The position numbers were made by a program, and so were the translations under genes. This document shows positions 36,402 through 45,758 of a DNA stretch of 60,050 nt, in pieces. Source of the stretch: Candidatus Jorgensenbacteria bacterium (GTDB taxonomy: Bacteria; Patescibacteriota; Minisyncoccia; UBA6257; GWB1-50-10); assembly GCA_043807585.1 (NCBI GenBank), contig JAZDFV010000006.1, positions 1-60,050 on the forward strand, given 5' to 3'. Position 1 is the first letter of the stretch. Each line of letters begins with the position of its first letter. Under the pieces are notes generated by a model, which saw only the letters and a program-made list of their open reading frames with translations, was not told where the DNA came from and searched no databases.

Positions 36402-37283
36402 CTACGATGACCTTCCCGCCATCTTCCACACCCCTTTTTCGCGGAATGCCGGGATGGTTTGTCGGCGGGCCGCGTTCAAGAGGGCCGAAAGGGATTTATT
36501 CTGCCCCTTGGCATACCCTGCCAGCTCAATAATCGTTTTCCCCTCCAGATACGCAATGCGCTTGTGGAGGGATTCCATGAGCGCCAGCGTAATGACCCTT
36601 TCCATGGTTGCGGACTTCTTGGTGTCGCGGTAGTCGGCAAACGCCCTGTAGTAGGTCTTCTTCTCTTTGTCGCGGATGATGATGTTCGGAAAGCCCTCAT
36701 GTTGAAACTGCCAGTTGATGATGGCGCGCCCAATGCGGCCATTGCCGTCGTTGAACGGGTGGATCGTTTCAAAATCCAGGTGAAATTTTGCGATCTTATC
36801 GGCAAAGTAGACATCGTGCTCGCTGACATATTCCAATAGGAGCGCCTCAACCATGCGAAGCACATGCTCCGGCGCGGGAGCGACATGTGTACCCACGCGC
36901 ACATACTCACCGGCTATACGAAAGCGACCGGCCATGGCGTCGTTAATGTTGCCAATGAGCATCTGGTGCAAGAGGAGCACCATTGGCTTGTCCAAATCCG
37001 CCCCCTGGGCCTTGGTGCGGATGTACTCAATCACCCACGCCAGGTTCTTGGCCTCGTACACCTCGCGCAGGTCAACGTCACGAGAAAGCTCCATCTCAAG
37101 CAAAATGCGCTCTGTTTCTTTCAGGGTGAGCGTGGAGTTCTCGATGGCGTTGGAGTTGTAGACCGCCTCAGAAAGCTCGGCTTCGTCTATGATTTTCAGT
37201 AGAGCATCCTTTCCCGGCCGCAGTTGGTCATACTGGGTCTTGAGCTTCTTGATACGGTCTTTGATTGGTCGCGTGGTGGGCAT
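36402..37283 (-). CDS. Fic family protein with N-terminal inhibitory motif
   Basis: NSNAIENS; IHPFNDGNGRIGR; C-terminal HTH-like tail. Confidence 0.92.
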   Translation of the reverse strand: MPTTRPIKDRIKKLKTQYDQLRPGKDALLKIIDEAELSEAVYNSNAIENSTLTLKETERILLEMELSRDVDLREVYEAKNLAWVIEYIRTKAQGADLDKPMVLLLHQMLIGNINDAMAGRFRIAGEYVRVGTHVAPAPEHVLRMVEALLLEYVSEHDVYFADKIAKFHLDFETIHPFNDGNGRIGRAIINWQFQHEGFPNIIIRDKEKKTYYRAFADYRDTKKSATMERVITLALMESLHKRIAYLEGKTIIELAGYAKGQNKSLSALLNAARRQTIPAFREKGVWKMAGRSS

Positions 37284-37429
37284 CGTGTATACACTATAGC
37301 GTACTCACGCTTAAATCGCAATAGACCGTGAATTTACGACGAAAATGCCGTATATTCACGGCATTTTGTGAAGAATAGGCAAAACAGCTATTTCCCCTTC
37401 GGGGGAGGGGGGAACGGGTTTGATGTTTG

Positions 37430-37686
37430 CTAGACGCGGATTTATTGGACACGGATTTATCCAAACGCGGATTTATGCTGATTATGGCTTCACTGATTTA
37501 TGCTGATTATGAGATTGCTGATTGACGCTGATTTTCAGAACGCTGATTTATGCTGATTATGGGGACGCTGATTAACGCCGATAGGAGAGACGCGGATTTA
37601 CGCTGATTATTCTACTAAACGCCGATTGATGCTGATTATGAGATTGCTGATTGACGCTGATTTTCAGAACGCTGATTTATGCTGAT
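37430..37686. repeat. Degenerate tandem CGCTGATT array with a 57-bp internal duplication
   Basis: 37501-37557 repeated at 37630-37686; begins like the 36230 array. Confidence 0.85.
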
Positions 37687-37688
37687 CG

Positions 37689-37818
37689 GAAGCCAAACTT
37701 CCGAAGAGCGGGTTCAATGTTTGGGAAGTCGGACTTCCTGGCGGAGAGTGGGAGAAAATCAATATTTGGGAGGTCGAACTTCCTTAGGGAGGTTCGACCT
37801 CCGGGTACGACTTCCGGG
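37689..37818. repeat. Cluster of short GGAAGTCGGACTTCC-type palindromes
   Basis: Five variants; about 68 bp shared with 39754-39821; others at 31-45 and 41706-41802. Confidence 0.85.
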
Positions 37819-37833
37819 GAAAGGGGTAGATAA

Positions 37834-38157
37834 TTATCTTCTCGCGGCAAAAGCGAAATTATCGAAGTACCGGACCAAGTCATTGAGCGAGCTTTTATAC
37901 AAAGCGCCGCCATAAATCGCGTCGCAGAACACTTCCCTCGCTCTCGCGACCTCCCGACGGCGGCCCTTCCAGCGCGGGTCGGACAGGGTCAAATCAAAGA
38001 GTTCCAAAGCGCGTTCCACCGCCCGCCGGAACGATTTTTCGTCTTTGTCTTTCTGTCTCGATGCCCGCAAAACCTCGCTCCCGATATTCCCCAACTGTTC
38101 CGCAAAAGTGAAAGTATACCACCTCCCTGCGGCTAGTTCTTTATGTAGAAAAGCCAT
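37834..38157 (-). CDS. Conserved-looking helical hypothetical protein
   Basis: HKELAAGRW..EQLGNIGSEV.RA..RALELFDLT..EVARARE. Confidence 0.75.
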   Translation of the reverse strand: MAFLHKELAAGRWYTFTFAEQLGNIGSEVLRASRQKDKDEKSFRRAVERALELFDLTLSDPRWKGRRREVARAREVFCDAIYGGALYKSSLNDLVRYFDNFAFAARR

Positions 38158-38192
38158 ATCTGGTTCATCTTACCACCGAAAACACCAAAAAC

Positions 38193-38220
38193 AAAAACCC
38201 CGACGATGAATGTCGGGGGT
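38193..38220 (-). terminator. Terminator downstream of metK
   Basis: Minus strand ccccgac-attcatc-gtcgggg-ttttt. Confidence 0.7.
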
Positions 38221-38352
38221 GAAGAAGCTGGGGAGAAGCGTGTTGTGCACTCCCCTACAGTTCCACTATTTCTTCCCACGGCAGGCCCTTCGGCGGGTTC
38301 GATAGACTCACCGCAGGCAAGCTCAGGGCACAAACCTCTCGATTGTTCAAAA

Positions 38353-39402
38353 CTATAGCTCCTTTATTATCTGTTCCCAAGGAAAATCGGGGTTGGTGAA
38401 GTGGCCGTACGCGGCGGTCCCGCGATAGATGGGGCGGCGGAGGTCCAGGCGCTCGATGATGGCCCGCGGGCGGAAGTCGAACGCGCGGGCGAGGGCGGAG
38501 AGATCGCGCCCCGCCCCGTCCGCCGCGTGCACCATAAGGGGTTCGGCGCGACCGATGGCATAGGCCACTGCAACGAGACAGTCCTCGGCATCCCCGCGTG
38601 CGACAATCTGCTTCGCGGCGAACCGCGCCATATAGGCGCCCGAGCGATCCACCTTGGAGGGGTCCTTACCCGAGAAGCACCCGCCGCCGTGCGGCGCGAG
38701 GCCGCCGTAAGTGTCCACCATGATCTTCCGGCCCGTGAGGCCCGTGTCAGCGGCGAATCCCCCTATCGCGAACTTCCCCGTCGGATTCACGAGCACCTCG
38801 ATGCCGCTCAAATCCCCCACCACCGGCCCGATGAGCTTCTCGCGGAGCACGCGCGCTATCTCGGGGAGTTCCACCGCTTCATCATGCTGGGCGCTCACGA
38901 GCACCGTTTTGAGGCGGCCGTTCTCCACCGTCACCTGGGATTTTCCGTCGGGGCCGAGCCATGGCGCCGCGCCCGAGCGCCGCAGGTTTTCCAAGCCCTT
39001 CACGAGCGCATGAACCCACACGAGCGCCCGCGGCAAGAACTCCGGCGTTTCCCGCGTCGCATAGCCGTACATAATGCCCTGGTCTCCAGCACCGCCGGTA
39101 TCCACCCCCTGCGCGATGTCCGGCGACTGGCGGACGATGTTCACAACCACGCGCAAATTATCCCCGTACCCAATCTCGCGGTAGACGCGCCGCGCCACGG
39201 ATTCGTAGTCAACGTCGGCGCGGGTCGTCACCTCGCCAGAAACGACGAGGAGCCCGTGACCTCCGAAAGTTTCCACCGCCACGCGGCTCGCAGGGTCTTG
39301 CGCAAGGCACGCGTCCAAGATCGCATCCGAAATCTGGTCGCACACCTTGTCGGGGTGCCCGGCGGTCACGCTCTCCACGGTGTAGGTTTTGGGGAGAAAC
39401 AT
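38353..39402 (-). CDS. metK: S-adenosylmethionine synthetase
   Basis: ESVTAGHPDKVCDQISD, GAGDQG, DTGLTGRKI, GGGCFSGKDPSKVDRS. Confidence 0.97.
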   Translation of the reverse strand: MFLPKTYTVESVTAGHPDKVCDQISDAILDACLAQDPASRVAVETFGGHGLLVVSGEVTTRADVDYESVARRVYREIGYGDNLRVVVNIVRQSPDIAQGVDTGGAGDQGIMYGYATRETPEFLPRALVWVHALVKGLENLRRSGAAPWLGPDGKSQVTVENGRLKTVLVSAQHDEAVELPEIARVLREKLIGPVVGDLSGIEVLVNPTGKFAIGGFAADTGLTGRKIMVDTYGGLAPHGGGCFSGKDPSKVDRSGAYMARFAAKQIVARGDAEDCLVAVAYAIGRAEPLMVHAADGAGRDLSALARAFDFRPRAIIERLDLRRPIYRGTAAYGHFTNPDFPWEQIIKEL

Positions 39403-39412
39403 TGGTTGGTAC

Positions 39413-39443
39413 AAATAAAAATCTCTTTCCACAGGAGAAAGAG
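39413..39443 (-). terminator. Terminator hairpin between the riboswitch aptamer and metK
   Basis: ctctttctcctgtggaaagag-atttttattt. Confidence 0.7.
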
Positions 39444-39453
39444 TTGTTGTGGT

Positions 39454-39665
39454 TTATCTTTCCCTGGGGGCCTCCTCCGCGTAAAGCTTCGGCGGGCCAG
39501 AGCTGGATTGGGCACTTTACCCTGAAGGTTTCGAGTGAGCCTCAACCGAACTCTTTGTCGAAGGGTTTTTCGATAAACTCGGGGCAAGTTGCCGGCGGGT
39601 TCCGCCTCCGCCCTGCTACGGCGGACAGGCCTTGAGCCAGATCTCTGAACCCGCACTCTCGATAA
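39454..39665 (-). ncRNA. SAM-I (S-box) riboswitch, expanded by repeat insertions
   Basis: TTATCGAGAG..CTGGCTC..CGGCAAC..GTGCCCAATCCAG..AAAGATAA; CTGG/CCAG pseudoknot; directly upstream of metK. Confidence 0.9.
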
Positions 39666-39719
39666 CTTATTCGGTTGTACTGTGAAGGTAGCACACGCAC
39701 CCGAGGAACGCAAATGTTG

Positions 39720-39900
39720 CGACATCGGATGTCAGCAGAAGGGAGGGAAAGATCAATGTTAGGAAGTCGGACTTCCTGGCGGAGAGGAAGGGAAGATCAA
39801 TATTTGGGAGGTCGAACTTCCGAGGAGGGAGCTCAATGTTTAGACATCCGATGTCCGACAGATGGGAAACGGACTTAATGTTTGGGACATCGGATGTCGG
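39720..39900. repeat. Cluster of GACATCGGATGTC and GGAAGTCGGACTTCC palindromes
   Basis: Three GACATC(G/C)GATGTC and two GGA(A/G)GTCG(G/A)ACTTCC units. Confidence 0.85.
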
Positions 39901-39911
39901 CAGAATGGAAT

Positions 39912-41669
39912 CTACAGGCCGGGGACGGGGGTCGGAATTTGTCCCCCCGACCAGCACACCGCAGAGCCGTCAATCTTTACAGCGCAGGAAGCGTTGTCGG
40001 CGAGAGAGGCGGTCGTACCAGCGCCCAACCCAATTGGTTGGACAGGGGTATATCTATTGAGGATCGTACCATCGCCAGTCGTACCACTGCATCCCCAACA
40101 AGCAACTGAACCATCGGTCTTTAAAGCGCAACTGTGCATAAAGCTGGTAGCGATAGCGACCGTTGAGCCGGGACCTAAGCCAGTAACTTGAATTGGAGTT
40201 CCTGCACCTTCTTTTGTGCCATCTCCTAATTGCCCGCAATAATTTTGTCCCCAACCAACAACCGAGCCATTTGCCTTTAGGGCAAAGGTGGTTTTCCAGC
40301 CGACGGTAAGGGATCTGATCGCGCCCAGATTTTGGGAGATCTTGACCGGAGCATAAATCCCGATAGATCCAATAGGATGAATTTCTCCCCAGCAGACAAC
40401 CGAATTATCCGTTTTTATGGCGCAGGTGCCATTGTAGGTTGAGTAAAGAGCAACGGTTGATTTGGGGCCTAAACCGGAAACCTGGGTCGGAAATAATCTG
40501 ATAGTTTCTGTTTTGTCGCCATGGCCTATTTGGCCGCCGCCGCCGGAGCCCGTATCGTTGCTTCCCCAGCAGACCACCGAGCCGTCGATTTTCAAGGCGC
40601 AGGCATGCATCCTCCCCATAGAAATCGAAGCGGTTGTGCCGGGGCCCAATCCGAAAACCTGGGTTGGTTCTGTTTTGGCAACCAATGTGCCGTCACCCAA
40701 TTGACCGTAAGAGTTGTTTCCCCAACAGAGGGCCGTACCATCGGTTTTTACGACGCAAATTCTATTATTATCGAAACTGGTAATGCTTGCCACATTGGTT
40801 AAGCCGGGGACAGCGACAAAGCCACCCGTACCAGTGGGTTTGAGACCCATATTCATGAAACTCCCCGAATCGTACCGACAGTAAACCAAACCGTTTTTTG
40901 TCAGAGCGCAGAGAACCACATTTTCATCACCAGTGACCCGGACTATGACGCTGACGGATGAAACAACAAATTCTTTATTCTCAACGGTTGGCGTGCCTGT
41001 TTTCTCAGAAACAACGGGTGTTGCGGGAACAGCCGCAGGTTTTGTTGAAACACTTTCCGGGGCAGGAGATATTGTTATTGGCTGCGTTTTGCAGGCGCCA
41101 AGGGCGTCGCCATGGGCCAGGTGCGCCTCGAGCGCGGACTCGGAGATTTCGAGCGATTGTTTGTTGCCGGGGTTCTCGGGCGGGAGGTGGCAGACAACAA
41201 CTTTCTTTTCCGTGCCGCCGGCCAAATAGTCGTTCATCCTTTCCCGCGTGGTCGGGTCGATCTTGCCGGTCGCGGGCAAATTCTCCCTCTCCTGGAACTT
41301 CTTGACCGCCTTCTCGGTCAGGGGGCCGTAGTAGCCCGTCACGAGCCCCTCCGGGTAGATCTCCGAAAATTGCTTGAGGAATTTTTGCACCTCCTTGACC
41401 TCGCTGTCGGTGATGCCCTTGTAGAGGTTTTTGGTTATTTTCACCTCTTCCCGCACTGCCGCCACTTCGGATCTCAATTCGGTGAGCTGGTCCTGCAGGA
41501 GCTTTATCTGGTTCCTCAACTGCTCTATGGTGGCGAGCAATGCTTCGGTAGAAGACTGCTCCGCGGGGGCCTGCGCAACCGCGAGCGCCGCGGGGGCGGA
41601 CACGAGAACGCCGAGGGTCAGGGCGGCGACTATGAGGAGAACGGCCGGGGCGCCGGGGAGCTTCATCAT
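39912..41669 (-). CDS. Secreted protein: coiled coil, peptidoglycan-binding domain, RCC1/BLIP-II repeats
   Basis: Signal peptide; VKEVQKFL..TGYYGPLTEKAVKKFQ; repeated HACALKxDGSVVCWG..GQLGDG. Confidence 0.88.
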   Translation of the reverse strand: MMKLPGAPAVLLIVAALTLGVLVSAPAALAVAQAPAEQSSTEALLATIEQLRNQIKLLQDQLTELRSEVAAVREEVKITKNLYKGITDSEVKEVQKFLKQFSEIYPEGLVTGYYGPLTEKAVKKFQERENLPATGKIDPTTRERMNDYLAGGTEKKVVVCHLPPENPGNKQSLEISESALEAHLAHGDALGACKTQPITISPAPESVSTKPAAVPATPVVSEKTGTPTVENKEFVVSSVSVIVRVTGDENVVLCALTKNGLVYCRYDSGSFMNMGLKPTGTGGFVAVPGLTNVASITSFDNNRICVVKTDGTALCWGNNSYGQLGDGTLVAKTEPTQVFGLGPGTTASISMGRMHACALKIDGSVVCWGSNDTGSGGGGQIGHGDKTETIRLFPTQVSGLGPKSTVALYSTYNGTCAIKTDNSVVCWGEIHPIGSIGIYAPVKISQNLGAIRSLTVGWKTTFALKANGSVVGWGQNYCGQLGDGTKEGAGTPIQVTGLGPGSTVAIATSFMHSCALKTDGSVACWGCSGTTGDGTILNRYTPVQPIGLGAGTTASLADNASCAVKIDGSAVCWSGGQIPTPVPGL

Positions 41670-41847
41670 CTTCAATTATAGCACCTAGAGATGGGGTTAA
41701 TATTCGGGAAGTCGGACTTCTGGGGATAGAGGGGTTAATTTCCAGAGGTTTCACCTCCTTGAGAGGTGAAACCTCTCCGCAATGTTGGGAAGTACGACTT
41801 CCGGGGAACGGATCAGCCCTTCGACTACGCTCAGGGCGGGCCGCGTT

Positions 41848-42324
41848 TTAGCGATAGATGACGATCATTCTCCTCAGGACGAGCGAATGTTTTGAGCACA
41901 GGACGTCGCCGGGGAAATCGAACCACACCCTTTTGAATATCTTCGTATCCATCGCTCTCACCTTTCCTATCTCCGGATCTTGGAGGTAGATGGTACGCGC
42001 GGTGATGCCGACAACCACCGAATAGTGGCCGTCGTCCCCCGAAAACCAGTCCACTATGACGGGGATGCTCTTCCCCATCACCAACCTCTCCATGTCCCCG
42101 AGTGTGGCACCATCCTCCACGCGCGCCTTGAACCCCAAGCCCCGCGCTACCCTCGCCAACCCCGGCGCCTCCACACCCTGGTCACGCGTGGCCCGGGAGA
42201 GGCGCGCGAGTTCACGCTCCGACTTTTTAACGCCGTAGTAGGCAAGCACCATTTTGAGCGATGCAGGCCCGCAGAAACCCGCAACTTCTTCTCGGTATGG
42301 TTTTATTTTCAATAGTTTGACCAT
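41848..42324 (-). CDS. Peptidase C39-like protein
   Basis: CGPASLKMVLAYYG, GHYSVVVG, YLQDP. Confidence 0.85.
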   Translation of the reverse strand: MVKLLKIKPYREEVAGFCGPASLKMVLAYYGVKKSERELARLSRATRDQGVEAPGLARVARGLGFKARVEDGATLGDMERLVMGKSIPVIVDWFSGDDGHYSVVVGITARTIYLQDPEIGKVRAMDTKIFKRVWFDFPGDVLCSKHSLVLRRMIVIYR

Positions 42325-42533
42325 GGGAGCAGGCCTCGGCGCGCGCCAGAGGAGGGCGCGCGAATTCATCGGTATCGTTAAAATCCTACTCCTTCGGCTT
42401 TGCTCAGGACAAGCCCTTCGACGAGCTCCCGCCTTCGTCCTGAACTGCATATTGAAGGACTACGGCCGGGCAAGCAGGGCAGGCCACTTCGACTATGCTC
42501 GGGACAACGCCTTCGGCTACATTCAGGAAAAAC

Positions 42534-42567
42534 AAAAAAGGCGCTGCTTCCGAAGAAACAACGCCTT
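42534..42567 (-). terminator. Rho-independent terminator
   Basis: aaggcgttgtttcttcggaagcagcgcc followed by tttttt. Confidence 0.8.
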
Positions 42568-42802
42568 ATGCATCCAACTGAACAGAAAACTTAGGATACC
42601 GCCAGAGGGTTCTGTGAAATCTATCGCCGTCCACCGGAGTACCTAACGCGAAAAGATTCCTCATTCTTCCCTGAAAGGTTTCGTCCGATATGAACCTCGC
42701 GAGACATGCCCGTATTGTCTCATCGGGAATTCTCTCTTTGTCAAAACCCGACCTGGTCCCGTCGTAGATCCGAACTCGCGTGAAGACAACAGTGTTCCAC
42801 AC
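42566..42802 (-). CDS. 78-aa hypothetical protein (or sRNA) in its own transcription unit
   Basis: Bounded by promoter TTGACC-18-TAGGAT (42832-42861) and a terminator; GTG start. Confidence 0.45.
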   Translation of the reverse strand: MWNTVVFTRVRIYDGTRSGFDKERIPDETIRACLARFISDETFQGRMRNLFALGTPVDGDRFHRTLWRYPKFSVQLDA

Positions 42803-42940
42803 CCAATCTTTCCTGTTAATTAGCTGGGCTTATCCTACCAGCAGATCAGTTTAACGGTCAATCTAAATCGGAAGTTCTCCTTTTTGGTAAACTTTCGGAC
42901 GGACGGGCGAACGGCTGGCGGCACTGCTATACTGAAATCC

Positions 42941-44344
42941 ATGCACGACCACTACGGCGAACGGGAGGTGCGCGAGCTCCCGCCGCCCCCGCCCTGGCGG
43001 CAGGCCGTCGGCGTCGGCATCGTCATCATGGGCCTCGCCATGGGCACCGGCGAGCTCATCCTCTGGCCGCACCTCGTCACTAAGCACGGCCTGGGGCTCC
43101 TCTGGGCCGCGGTCCTCGGCATCACCTTCCAGTACTTCATTAACCAGGAGGTGGCCCGCCACGCCCTTGCGACCGGCGAGAGCTTCTTCACCTCCTCCTC
43201 GCGCATCTTCCGCTGGTTCGCGCCGTTCTGGCTCCTCGCCGTGGTACTCCTCTACGTCTGGCCCGGCTGGGCGGGGGCTATCGGCACCACGCTCCGTGAA
43301 CTCACCGGCTTTGGAAACTACCTCGGGTGGGCCTGGGCCAGTTTAGGCCTCGTCCTCCTCCTCACCTACCTCGGGAGGGTCGCCTACACAGTCCTCGAGC
43401 GCTCGCTCAAAATCATCGTGCCGACCTTCTTCATTCTTCTCGTCATCACGAGCGTGCTGAATCTCTCCGCGGAGAACTTGAGGGAGCTCCTCGCGGGGGT
43501 CACCCGGGTCGGGTTCATCCCCGACGGGGTGGACATAGCGGTGCTCCTCGGGGCCATCGTCTTCGCGGGCGCGGGCGGGCTCTTGAACCTCTGCGTCTCC
43601 CTCTGGTACCGCGACAAGCAGAGCGGCATGGGCCGCTACGCGGGGCGCATCATGAACCCCATCACCGGCAAGGTAGAGGCGGTCTCGTTCCGGGGGTACC
43701 GCTTCGACCTCACCCCCGAGCACCTCAGCCGCTGGCGGGCGTGGATGCGCTTCGTGAAGATCGACCAGGGCGTCATCTTCTGGTTCCTCGGTCTCGTCAC
43801 GCTCCTCCTCCTCTCCGTGAACGCGTACGCCTCACTCGTCCCCAAGGGGCTCGTACCGGAAGGTCTCAATGTCGCGGTGGTGCAGGCGCACATCTTCGGC
43901 GACCAGTGGGGGCCCGCGGGCTTCACCCTGTTCCTCGTCATGGCCTTCCTCATGCTTTTCTCGGTCATGTGGACCGTCATTGACGCCTTCACCCGCATCG
44001 CGAGCGACATCCTCTACGTGAACGCCCACGCGGGACCCTTCGCGCACCGACTCCGCATCCTCCGCAACGTCTCACTCCACCACCTCTACTACGGTCTCAT
44101 CAGCGTCCTCGTCATCGTAAGCGGGCTCCTCCTCCCCCTCGAGCAGCCACTCGTGCTTCTCACGGTGAGCGCGGTCCTCGGCGGCCTCACCATGGCCATC
44201 TACACGCCGGTGCTCCTCTACCTAAACAACGCGCGGCTCCCCCGCCCCCTCAGGCCGGGGTGGTTTTCCAACCTCATGCTCGCGGCCGCCGCGCTCTTCT
44301 ACGCGGCCTTCGCGGTCTACCTCGCCATCTTCTATCTCACCTGA
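42941..44344 (+). CDS. Nramp-like divalent metal transporter family protein
   Basis: GLAMGTGELILWP, QEVARHALATGE; many TM helices. Confidence 0.8.
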   Translation: MHDHYGEREVRELPPPPPWRQAVGVGIVIMGLAMGTGELILWPHLVTKHGLGLLWAAVLGITFQYFINQEVARHALATGESFFTSSSRIFRWFAPFWLLAVVLLYVWPGWAGAIGTTLRELTGFGNYLGWAWASLGLVLLLTYLGRVAYTVLERSLKIIVPTFFILLVITSVLNLSAENLRELLAGVTRVGFIPDGVDIAVLLGAIVFAGAGGLLNLCVSLWYRDKQSGMGRYAGRIMNPITGKVEAVSFRGYRFDLTPEHLSRWRAWMRFVKIDQGVIFWFLGLVTLLLLSVNAYASLVPKGLVPEGLNVAVVQAHIFGDQWGPAGFTLFLVMAFLMLFSVMWTVIDAFTRIASDILYVNAHAGPFAHRLRILRNVSLHHLYYGLISVLVIVSGLLLPLEQPLVLLTVSAVLGGLTMAIYTPVLLYLNNARLPRPLRPGWFSNLMLAAAALFYAAFAVYLAIFYLT

Positions 44345-44420
44345 AGCGGAGAGCGCACACACCCCGCGAGGTACCCGCCAGCGTTGGCACGAGGGGAGGT
44401 AAGAACCCGAGCCGATAACG

Positions 44421-44446
44421 GCAAAAGAGCCCGAGGGCTCTTTTGC
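44421..44446. terminator. Bidirectional terminator
   Basis: gcaaaagagcc-cgag-ggctcttttgc. Confidence 0.7.
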
Positions 44447-44538
44447 GGCAACGGACTACGGCGGATTAATACGGATACTATCCGTGTAAATCCGTTTTTA
44501 TCCGCGTAAATCCGTGTTCAAGCGAGCGGAGCGAGCGT

Positions 44539-44625
44539 TTACTTGCAGACACACTTCCCCTTCTTGCACATGCAACAGACCTTCTTCGCGCCTCCCTTCT
44601 TCCGCTTTGCGACTCTTTTCTTCAT
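44539..44625 (-). CDS. 28-aa Lys/Cys-rich peptide MKKRVAKRKKGGAKKVCCMCKKGKCVCK
   Basis: ATG 6 nt after TGgTACAAT; strongly biased composition; absent from the ORF track. Confidence 0.6.
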   Translation of the reverse strand: MKKRVAKRKKGGAKKVCCMCKKGKCVCK

Positions 44626-44721
44626 GGTTCCATTGTACCACACCCGTCAAGCCCCCGCCTCCCTACACTACCTGCCCTGAGCAGTTCGGCGTGCTCACTG
44701 TAAAACTTGCCGAAGGCCTCT

Positions 44722-45573
44722 CTAACGGAACTCCACCCCCGGCACCTGCGGGAAGGCGCCCGAAACGCCCGGCGGCATATCAACGATGGCGCGGATCTTG
44801 GAGGGGTCGGGCTTGCCCATCTCATCAAGCGTGATATCTAGGGTAATGTCTGGTCCGCCCATGCCGGGGTACTTGATCTCCGGGATGGGGATCTGTTGCG
44901 TCATGCTTCCCACGCTGATGGTGAAAGTGCCCACGGCGCCGTCGCGCGAGGAGTTGACCAAGCTGATATTGAACCCACCCACGCTCCCCGTCATTCTCGC
45001 TTTGATGCCGTTGAACGCCTCCTCGTAATACTCCGGCGTAATTGACTGGCCTCCCACGGGGTTGGTCATGACCGCAAGGTCCGCCCTGATATCCACCTGG
45101 ATGTCACCGATGGACACCGACCCGCCCTGGTAGGTGCCCGCCGGCATGTTGAACCGGCCGAGCTTCACCCGGTTCCCCCCGGGGTGCAGTACGAGCGTCT
45201 GCGGACCGCCCCACACAGTCACATCACCCTTGTCCGGAGTCCCGAAGACGATCTTGTCCATCGTAGGCCGCACCTCCACCACGGTGATCCCCTGCGCGAG
45301 GTTGTCGTCCACCATATAGAAATCGATCTGGCCTACGAGGAACGCGGCGTACGGGACGAGGATGCAGCCGACGAAGGCGGCGCCGGCGAGCGCCTTCCTC
45401 CGCGAGGCGAGAAAAACAATGGCGGCCGCCACCACGCCCACTATCGCGAAGTACTTCAAGTTACCCGTTCCGAGCACTCCGATCTTCAGCACGTACTCCG
45501 TGAGGAGCGCGCCCCCGAACGCGACCGCCACCACGGCACCGAACACCGCGCCGGCGTAGGTGAATTTTTTCAT
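44722..45573 (-). CDS. Three-TM protein with beta-rich extracellular domain
   Basis: Start MKKFTY follows TGgTATAAT; MPAGTYQG motif. Confidence 0.7.
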   Translation of the reverse strand: MKKFTYAGAVFGAVVAVAFGGALLTEYVLKIGVLGTGNLKYFAIVGVVAAAIVFLASRRKALAGAAFVGCILVPYAAFLVGQIDFYMVDDNLAQGITVVEVRPTMDKIVFGTPDKGDVTVWGGPQTLVLHPGGNRVKLGRFNMPAGTYQGGSVSIGDIQVDIRADLAVMTNPVGGQSITPEYYEEAFNGIKARMTGSVGGFNISLVNSSRDGAVGTFTISVGSMTQQIPIPEIKYPGMGGPDITLDITLDEMGKPDPSKIRAIVDMPPGVSGAFPQVPGVEFR

Positions 45574-45758
45574 GACCCCATTATACCACGCCGCCCCGCG
45601 GGCGCGGGAGGATCGAATATCACCCCCGTGGGGCTCACACCCGCGGCTTTCTCCCACTGCAATAAAAAGGTGCCCACGGAAGGGCACCTCAATCAAGGCC
45701 ACCTATTTACTTGCATCTTCCTCTCGACTTGCGATTCAATCGGAGTGGCGGTTTTCCC

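Noticed and set aside
36230-37818. CRISPR array in the repeat-rich region
   Set aside because: Units are 9-15 bp, degenerate and lack unique constant-length spacers.
42660-42730. Hammerhead ribozyme (CGATGAG..CGAAAC on the minus strand)
   Set aside because: The core reads CCGATGA rather than CTGATGA, and stem II does not abut GAAA.
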